From the NCBI GenBank assembly GCA_039683575.1, contig JBDKRC010000191.1, positions 1 to 12,755 on the forward strand: a DNA stretch of 12,755 nucleotides, in the 5' to 3' direction. Source of the DNA: Armatimonadia bacterium (GTDB lineage: Bacteria > Armatimonadota > Zipacnadia > Zipacnadales > UBA11051). Made by a program: the position numbers and the translations under genes. Below the pieces are notes generated by a model. The model saw only the letters and a program-made list of their open reading frames with translations, had not been told where the DNA came from and did no database searches. This document shows, piece after piece, positions 6,967 to 12,755 of this stretch (position 1 is the first letter of the stretch; each line of letters opens with the position of its first letter).

Positions 6967-7995
6967 GTGAAACTCGTAGAAGCCGCCGGGACACCGCGGC
7001 AGATCGGACTGGCGACGGGTGAACACCTGCGCGAGGAGATTCGCGAGACGCTTGACGTATTCGATGAGCGGGGGCGGCCCGCTGAGTTTGAGCAGCGGTT
7101 GCCGGAGTTTGTGGCGGCGGCGCAGCGGCAGGTGCCGCTGGTCATGGAGGAGATGCAGGCGACGGCGGAGGGGGCTAACCTGCCGCTGGATGATATCTAC
7201 CGACTGAATTTCCCGCTCTATGCCAACGAGTTGGTGATTGCGGAGGGCTGCACGAACATCGTGTTTGCAGGCGGGCCGGACGGGCCGGTGTGGGGGAAGA
7301 ACAATGATGGGCTGGCGAAGCAGCGGCGGCTGCCACCGTGCGCGCGACTGGTGCGGCGGGAGGGCGCGATTCCGCTGCTGACCTTCACTTTCTGTGGGAT
7401 GGTCGCGACGCTGGACGGGATGAATGCGGCGGGACTGGCCGTTGGGCATTCGTCCGTGGGAAGTGTGTTTCAGCAAAGCGACCGGCATGTGCCGATTCGG
7501 CTGTGGGGCTATGAGGGCATGTTGCGCTGTGGCGGCACGGCGGAGTTTGTGAACCACATGGCGGCGGTGCCGACGCGAGACAAGGGGTATGCGATGGTGT
7601 GCGTGGACCGCGAAGGCGTCACCTGCTCGATCGAGGCGCCGGTGCCGCTGGTGCAGGTGCGGCGGGCGCGGCATCCAGCGGGGCACATGCACTGCGTGAA
7701 CTGCTACCAGCTTCCGGCGCTGGCCGAGGCGGATCGGCGGACGCCGGAGGGGAAGGCCAATGCGCAGGCGCGGTGGCGGATGCTTGATGAGTGGCTGGAG
7801 CAGAGTGGGGACCTGGGCATGGGGGCGATGCGAGGGCTATTGCAGCACCATGAGGAGCCCGCGATCTGCCGGCATGGCGTGAAGGAAGAGAGCCTCACGG
7901 AATACTCGATGATCGGGCTGCCGCAAAGCGGGCTGGTGTACTACCGGCACGGGTTTGCCTGTGAGGGGGAGTTCGAGGTCGTTAAGGTGTGTTAG
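6967..7995 (+). CDS. C45 family autoproteolytic peptidase / acyl-CoA:6-APA acyltransferase-like Ntn hydrolase (342 aa)
   Basis: N-terminal GTPRQIGLATG, cleavage site EG|CT (Cys codon 7249-7251), GKNND and DGMNAAGLAVG. GTG start at 6967 after SD GGAGA. Confidence 0.9.
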   Translation: MKLVEAAGTPRQIGLATGEHLREEIRETLDVFDERGRPAEFEQRLPEFVAAAQRQVPLVMEEMQATAEGANLPLDDIYRLNFPLYANELVIAEGCTNIVFAGGPDGPVWGKNNDGLAKQRRLPPCARLVRREGAIPLLTFTFCGMVATLDGMNAAGLAVGHSSVGSVFQQSDRHVPIRLWGYEGMLRCGGTAEFVNHMAAVPTRDKGYAMVCVDREGVTCSIEAPVPLVQVRRARHPAGHMHCVNCYQLPALAEADRRTPEGKANAQARWRMLDEWLEQSGDLGMGAMRGLLQHHEEPAICRHGVKEESLTEYSMIGLPQSGLVYYRHGFACEGEFEVVKVC

Positions 7996-8699
7996 CGCGG
8001 GGTGAACTGGCTAAGGTCGTAGATGGCGAGTTGCTGCTCCAGGGCGGCCACCTTGTTGACCATGTTCTCGAAGCCGTTTTCACCGAACAGCTTGTGCTCT
8101 CGTTCCTCGAATTGATCTCCGAGGTTGGCATAGCTTGAGGGGTCGAGCAGTTCGGTGAACTCCCGGAATACAACCGTCTCCTCGCGCGCGGCGTGAGGGC
8201 GGTACATGCGAATGAACTCGTGGATCAGGGGGCTGAGCTGGTTGCTGGACTGTGGGCCCGGGGACCTGGTGAGGTCCGTGATCTGCGAGGTGAGCTTGCG
8301 ACCGGCGACATGCTGAGCGCGCAGAGTGCTCATGAGAGCAACCCCACGTTTCGCCTTCTCAAAGACTGGAAAGACGTACTCCTCCTCCAGCTTCTCATGG
8401 TAAGCCTCGATGAAGGTCCGTATGATCTCAGCACTCGCAGCAATGATGGGCAGCGCTGACTGACCCGCGCGGGTGCGGCGATCGGCCTCTTCGTATATCA
8501 GCAGCACTCGCTCCAACAAGCCATGCTCGCGCATGAGGTCCTCGCCGGGAGTGACAAGCTCCTCGGGGGCCTCGCCTTCTCTGCGGCTCTCCGCCAGGCT
8601 CGTGGGCGTGGTGCGGCGGCTGCAGCCGCCGATGAGGAGGCCGGCGCCCGCCAGCGCTATGGAACTCATGAAGCAGCGGCGATCAGTGGGATTCCCCAT
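7992..8699 (-). CDS. Hemerythrin-like (HHE) domain protein with a twin-arginine, lipoprotein-like signal (235 aa)
   Basis: TDRRCFM, a hydrophobic stretch, then LIGGC. Metal-ligand pattern LMREH, YHEKLEE.YVFP, RAQH, RPHAAREE.VVF. Converges on the C45 gene with a 4-bp overlap. Confidence 0.9.
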   Translation of the reverse strand: MGNPTDRRCFMSSIALAGAGLLIGGCSRRTTPTSLAESRREGEAPEELVTPGEDLMREHGLLERVLLIYEEADRRTRAGQSALPIIAASAEIIRTFIEAYHEKLEEEYVFPVFEKAKRGVALMSTLRAQHVAGRKLTSQITDLTRSPGPQSSNQLSPLIHEFIRMYRPHAAREETVVFREFTELLDPSSYANLGDQFEEREHKLFGENGFENMVNKVAALEQQLAIYDLSQFTPR

Positions 8700-8731
8700 G
8701 GCTGGAAGGACGAGGTCGTGCTGAGGGGGGT

Positions 8732-9958
8732 TCAAGACGGCGAGGTGGTCGCTTCGGGCGTGATGGCCGAGGGGCGCGTGAGCACCGCCAGCAGGATCAC
8801 GCCGAGGAGCGATACTGTCCCAGCCACCGTGAAGGCCACCGTAACGCCGTAGACGGCCCACAGGGCGCCAACCGCGGCGCTGGCTACGAGCTTGCCGAGA
8901 CCGTTGACCAGGGCGAGGGTGCCGAAGCCCAGGGCGCGCTCGTGCTCGCGCAGGAAATCCGCTGCGAAAGCCTTCTCCACTGCCTCCTGATTCCCCGCCG
9001 TCACACCCGCAAGAGCAAAGACTGCCACCATGAGGGGGAACGTGGGGCTGCCGCCGTACGCGATCAGGAAGGCGACGACAACGCCGCAGGTGTAACCGCC
9101 CACGAGCAGCCACCGGCGGCCCCAGACGTCGCTGAGGGCGCCGCTGACGTATGAGACGGCGGCATCTACGACATTGTAGCCGGCGTAGAAGAGAATCGGG
9201 GTGAGGACGCGCGGGTCGGCGAGGTTGGCAGTGAAGTCCACCGCGCCGCCGAGGGCCCAGAGGATGAGGAGGGTATTGGAGTAGTCGCCGAGGGCGAAGA
9301 CGGCGATGGCGAAGAGGAAGCGCTTGAAGCCGCCCGGCATCTTGTGCAGGCGGGTGAAGAACTTGGGATGGCTCTCTTGCGGCTCGCGGGGCTCCTCGCG
9401 CACCAGCAACCACACCACAGCGGAGGCGATAAGGCCGGGGATGATGGCTAAAGCAAGAATGTGGCGCAGGGGGAAGAGCAGGTAGAGCAGCAGCACGGCG
9501 AGGAGAGGGCCGATGACGGCGCCGGCGGCGTCGGCGGCGCGTTCGAGGCCGAAAGCTTTGCCGTAGTCGCTCGATTCGACGCCGTCGGCCATCAGGGCAT
9601 CGCGCAACGGGCCGCGGAAACCCCGGCCGAACCAGGCGGCGCCGCGACCGATGAGGACGTGTAGCCAGCTTCCGGCCAAGGCGTAGGAGCCGATGCCGAG
9701 GGTGGTGAGGAGGTAGCCGCCGCCGGTGAGCCACTTGCGCTGCCGAAGGCGGTCGCCGACGCCGCCACCCCAGAGCTTGCCGAGGCTCATGACGAAGGTG
9801 GCGACGCCTTCGATGAGGCCGAGGGCGGCGGCGCCGCCGGACAGGGAGGCTACGAACACCGGTAGGACGGCCGTGCCCATCTCGTGGGAGATGTCGGAGA
9901 AGAGGCTGGTGGCGCTGAGAGCGGCGACGGTGCGGTTGAGCCAGCGGCGGCGGGGCAT
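8732..9958 (-). CDS. Major facilitator superfamily transporter (408 aa)
   Basis: About 12 hydrophobic segments; motif-A-like GGVGDRLRQRK and GALSDVWGRR; SD GAGGT before ATG 9958. Confidence 0.95.
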   Translation of the reverse strand: MPRRRWLNRTVAALSATSLFSDISHEMGTAVLPVFVASLSGGAAALGLIEGVATFVMSLGKLWGGGVGDRLRQRKWLTGGGYLLTTLGIGSYALAGSWLHVLIGRGAAWFGRGFRGPLRDALMADGVESSDYGKAFGLERAADAAGAVIGPLLAVLLLYLLFPLRHILALAIIPGLIASAVVWLLVREEPREPQESHPKFFTRLHKMPGGFKRFLFAIAVFALGDYSNTLLILWALGGAVDFTANLADPRVLTPILFYAGYNVVDAAVSYVSGALSDVWGRRWLLVGGYTCGVVVAFLIAYGGSPTFPLMVAVFALAGVTAGNQEAVEKAFAADFLREHERALGFGTLALVNGLGKLVASAAVGALWAVYGVTVAFTVAGTVSLLGVILLAVLTRPSAITPEATTSPS

Positions 9959-9966
9959 GGACAGTA

Positions 9967-10073
9967 CCTCAAACCTGTTTGACGGGGCGAGAACCCGCCT
10001 GTTCGGTGAAGGCGGAGTCTTTCCTGCCGCCGCCGCTGCTGCAGGCGACTTCGCTCAGCGGCGCTGGAGCCCC
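9967..10073 (-). promoter_or_regulatory. Candidate cis-regulatory RNA (riboswitch-like leader) of the MFS-hemerythrin operon
   Basis: Nested stems GGGGCTCC/GGAAAGACTCC, GCCGCTG/CAGCGGC and GCG-AAGT-CGC; overlapping alternative hairpin CCGCCT/AGGCGG; hairpin covering the SD. Confidence 0.45.
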
Positions 10074-10462
10074 GGAGCCGGGCATTGCCTGACAAGCCGC
10101 TCCGCCAGACGGTTGTCTGTGTAGTTGGCGTCGCCCTTCCGCCAGTCTCGCGCACTCAAGGTCTCTGTGATCTCGTCGACCATATCGTTGTATTCCTCCA
10201 GCAGACTTTCCGATCCAGCCACATAGTCAAGCAGCGGGGAAGCCTCTTCCAGTTCAAGCAGCGCACCCTCGTAATCGCCCTCAGCATAGGCAAAACGTGC
10301 AGCCGCCATGGCCTCCTGCACACAGGCGCTGCTGCTATCCTGGTTATCCCAGTCCTCGAGGCCGAGTTCGGACCGATACTCAGCCTGTAGGTCAGTGAAG
10401 CAAATCTCAATGATCTTCCCATAGTGTCCAAACATTTTGCCGTCTATCCTTTCTATGCTCAT
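10055..10462 (-). CDS. Hypothetical acidic, helical protein (135 aa; alternative start 10435)
   Basis: Open ORF with protein-like composition, visibly lower GC than neighbours, and a TPR-like helix pair AMAAARFAYAEGDYEGALLELEEA. Confidence 0.65.
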   Translation of the reverse strand: MSIERIDGKMFGHYGKIIEICFTDLQAEYRSELGLEDWDNQDSSSACVQEAMAAARFAYAEGDYEGALLELEEASPLLDYVAGSESLLEEYNDMVDEITETLSARDWRKGDANYTDNRLAERLVRQCPAPGLQRR

Positions 10463-10515
10463 CAGTACTCAAACGCAGACATCCGTTTCGTCGGGGGCGC
10501 GGCCGGAGTGGGGAG

Positions 10516-10776
10516 CTAGAGCCGAGGCCGCGCGTGGAAGCAGTTTTCGCCGCGCTGGCGGGCAGCTTCGAACTCGTCACGCGTGACGGGGCTGAGGGCG
10601 GTCACGCGCTTGATGCCGGCGATAGCCTTGCCGTGATTGGCGTACAGATCGGCAACCGGCATGAAGGTGGAGACATAGCGGGCCTCGTATTCGGTGTGCC
10701 CGCGGCCCAGGTGCCCACGAGCGACCTGAAGCCGGAAGTAGGACGGAGACTTGACGGATTCGGCGGTGACTGACAT
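10516..10776 (-). CDS. Hypothetical small basic protein (86 aa) with an RGHLGRG motif
   Basis: SD AAAGGA 7 nt before ATG 10776; codon usage matches neighbouring - strand genes. Confidence 0.75.
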   Translation of the reverse strand: MSVTAESVKSPSYFRLQVARGHLGRGHTEYEARYVSTFMPVADLYANHGKAIAGIKRVTALSPVTRDEFEAARQRGENCFHARPRL

Positions 10777-10829
10777 GGGCGTTTCCTTTCTGCCCGGGCA
10801 GGCCGGGCGCTACGGGTTGTCCAGGTACG

Positions 10830-10862
10830 AAAAGGAGCCGGTCCCATACGGAACCGGCTCCT
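10830..10862 (-). terminator. Intrinsic terminator / attenuator in the leader of the 86-aa gene
   Basis: Minus strand AGGAGCCGGTTCC-GTAT-GGGACCGGCTCC-TTTTCG, ending about 55 nt before the start codon. Confidence 0.8.
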
Positions 10863-10865
10863 CGT

Positions 10866-10961
10866 GGCCGAAGTGTTGCTTCGGTTCTCAGCAGAAGCGT
10901 CTACAAACGGTGGCGCAACTTACGGGTCTCGGGTCGAGCGAGTTTGCTCGCGTTCTGCCCC
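10866..10961 (-). ncRNA. Candidate structured leader RNA or small RNA ending at the 10830-10862 terminator
   Basis: Non-coding. Hairpins GCGAG-CAAA-CTCGC and CCGAAG-CAACA-CTTCGG; long-range pairing GGCAGAA(C)GCG/CGCTTCTGCT. No family recognised. Confidence 0.4.
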
Positions 10962-11053
10962 AGTATGACTGAATGCGCCGGACTGCACTCCGGGGCGCGA
11001 AATGATGGCGATTAAGTGGCCATACACGCTGTTATTGGCACTCTCGTGAAGAA

Positions 11054-11111
11054 TGTGGCGCTTTCGCCACAAAGACCCCGCATAACTTGAGGTAACCATA
11101 ATAAACTGATT
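11054..11111. promoter_or_regulatory. Palindromic factor-binding site plus an IHF-consensus site in AT-rich intergenic DNA
   Basis: TGTGGCG-CTTT-CGCCACA (11054-11071); minus-strand AATCAGTTTATTA (11111-11099) matches WATCARNNNNTTR. Confidence 0.4.
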
Positions 11112-11167
11112 TGACATAACTCTTCACGGCCTGGAATTGCGCTCTCTGATGCCTGATCAGTACGCAC

Positions 11168-11200
11168 AAAAAAACTCCTCCGGCGGTTGCCGGAGGAGTT
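11168..11200 (-). terminator. Intrinsic terminator of transketolase
   Basis: Minus strand AACTCCTCCGGC-AACC-GCCGGAGGAG-TTTTTTT, about 30 nt after the stop codon. Confidence 0.9.
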
Positions 11201-11232
11201 CTGTGGTTCTTGGGCGACCCCAGATCCGTAGG

Positions 11233-12755
11233 TTAGCTCAGCAAGGCCTTGGCCTTTTCGACGACGTTTTCGACTGTGAAGCCGAAGTTGGCGAAGACTG
11301 TCTTGGCCGGAGCGGAAGCGCCGAAGTGGTCGAGGCCTATGACGGCGCCCTTGCTGCCGACGTACTTGTACCAACCCATGGTGCTGCCGGCTTCTATGGC
11401 GAGGGTCGGGACGGCGCAGGGCAGAACACTGCAGCGGTAGGCCTCGTCCTGCTTGTCGAAGAGCTCGACGGCGGGCATGGAGACGACGCGGGCGGCGATG
11501 TTCTGTTTGGCTAGCTCTTCCTGCGCCTTGATGGCCAGCTCAACCTCGGAGCCGGTGGCGAGGAGGACCAGTTGCGGCTCGCCCTGGGCCTCGGAGAGGA
11601 TGTAGCCGCCGCGCTTGACCCCGTCCTTGACCGGGTACCTGGCGAGGTCGAGGGTGACGAGGTTCTGGCGGGTGAGGGCCAGCAGGCAGGGCTCGCGGCG
11701 CGAGATGGCGAGCTTCCAGCATTCGGCGGTCTCGTTGGCGTCGCCGGGCCGGTAGACAGTGAAGCCAGGGATGAGGCGCGCGGCCCAGAGGTGCTCGACG
11801 GGCTGGTGAGTCGGGCCATCTTCGCCGACGCCGATGCTGTCGTGGGTGTAGATGAAGATCGAGTGGCACTGCATAAGGGCCGAAAGGCGCATGGCGGGCC
11901 GGGCGTAGTCGGAGAAGACCAGGAAGGTCGCGCCGTAGGGGATCAGGCCGCCGTGGAGGGCGAGGCCGTTGACGATGGCGGCCATGGCCAGCTCGCGGAC
12001 GCCAAAGTGGATATTGGGGCCGCAGCAGATGCAGTCGGTGCCGTATTCGCCGCAGTCCTTGAGGTTGCTCTTGTTGGAGGGCGCGAGGTCGGCGGAGCCG
12101 CCGATCATGTTGCCGAGGCTGCGAGCGAGGGCATTGAGGACGAGGCCCGAGGCGTTGCGGGTGGCGTCGGCCTTCTCGGCGCTGAACTCGGGCACGTTCG
12201 CATCCCAGTTTTCGGGCAGTTCGCCCTTGATCTGCTTTTGCAGTCGCGCGGCGGCATCGGCGTTCCTGGCCTCAGCCTTCTGCAGCAGGCTCTGCCATTC
12301 GGCCTGCAGCTTCGCGCCGCGGGCTCCGGCTTCTTTCATGTGCGCGGCGGCTTCGGCGGGGACGTGGAAGGTCTCGGCGGGCCAGCCGAGCTTGGCGCGC
12401 GTCGCGGCCATGGCCTCGGCGCCGAGGGGCTCGCCGTGGGCGCCGGCGGTGTCCTGCTTGGGGCTGCCGAAGCCGATGTGGGTCTGCACGACGATCAGAG
12501 ACGGCCGGTCGTCGAGCTTGGCCTGGTCGATGGCGGCGCTGATGGCGTCCACGTCATTGCCATCCTCGACCGTCAGCACGTGCCAGCCGTAGGCCTCGAA
12601 GCGCTGCGGGACGTTCTCGGTGAAGGAGAGGTCCGTGCGACCCTCGATGGAGATCTCGTTGTCATCGTAGAGATAGATGAGCTTGCCGAGCTTGAGGGTA
12701 CCGGCCAGTGACGCGGCCTCGGAGGCGATACCTTCCATCAGGTCGCCGTCGGAGA
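11233..12755 (-). CDS. tkt: Transketolase (5'-truncated by the window edge)
   Basis: TPP motif SDGDLMEG...YDDN, plus [36 protein letters not shown] and FGASAP. The frame is open to the window end. Confidence 0.98.
   Translation of the reverse strand, partial: SDGDLMEGIASEAASLAGTLKLGKLIYLYDDNEISIEGRTDLSFTENVPQRFEAYGWHVLTVEDGNDVDAISAAIDQAKLDDRPSLIVVQTHIGFGSPKQDTAGAHGEPLGAEAMAATRAKLGWPAETFHVPAEAAAHMKEAGARGAKLQAEWQSLLQKAEARNADAAARLQKQIKGELPENWDANVPEFSAEKADATRNASGLVLNALARSLGNMIGGSADLAPSNKSNLKDCGEYGTDCICCGPNIHFGVRELAMAAIVNGLALHGGLIPYGATFLVFSDYARPAMRLSALMQCHSIFIYTHDSIGVGEDGPTHQPVEHLWAARLIPGFTVYRPGDANETAECWKLAISRREPCLLALTRQNLVTLDLARYPVKDGVKRGGYILSEAQGEPQLVLLATGSEVELAIKAQEELAKQNIAARVVSMPAVELFDKQDEAYRCSVLPCAVPTLAIEAGSTMGWYKYVGSKGAVIGLDHFGASAPAKTVFANFGFTVENVVEKAKALLS

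Noticed and set aside
7992-7995. 4-bp overlap of convergent stop codons without a terminator
   Set aside because: A common arrangement and not informative alone.
8700-9734. N-terminal 345 aa of the 580-aa ORF (apparent fusion to hemerythrin)
   Set aside because: Arg/Pro-rich off-frame translation of the MFS gene; the real start is ATG 8699, just before the Tat motif.
10905-10961. Resemblance of GACCCGAGACCCGTAAGTT to the 3' part of the c-di-AMP (ydaO) riboswitch, and of GGGCAGAA to c-di-GMP-I
   Set aside because: The other conserved elements of those aptamers are not present; left as an unassigned candidate.
11035-11050. TTGGCAC as a + strand sigma54 -24 box
   Set aside because: No GC at the -12 position and no + strand gene downstream.
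12020-12057. Cys cluster [13 protein letters not shown] in transketolase
   Set aside because: It lies in a variable loop and other proteins here also carry scattered Cys; no evidence of a distinct function.
11572-12711. 379-aa and 207-aa + strand ORFs
   Set aside because: Antisense to transketolase.

Overview
GC-rich bacterial window with a consistent G>C excess on the + strand; taxonomy cannot be fixed from the sequence alone. The left part (1-7995) looks like a carbohydrate or amino-sugar utilisation region. A Gfo/Idh/MocA oxidoreductase (-) diverges from a + strand run of an atypical long ROK-family protein with a CGCGCGCG tail, a 718-aa uncharacterised glycoside-hydrolase-like protein, a PIG-L/LmbE deacetylase and a C45 (Ntn-hydrolase) peptidase/acyltransferase. 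The intergenic spacers are filled with co-oriented REP-like palindromes, including an 86-bp three-hairpin module present twice. The right part (- strand) holds transketolase (5'-truncated) with its terminator, an 86-aa basic protein preceded by a structured leader and intrinsic terminator, a 135-aa acidic protein, and an MFS transporter plus a Tat/lipoprotein-signal hemerythrin behind a second structured leader. The best novelty candidates are the two putative cis-regulatory RNAs and the ROK/GH-like/deacylase cluster. No rRNA, tRNA, CRISPR array or transposase was seen.
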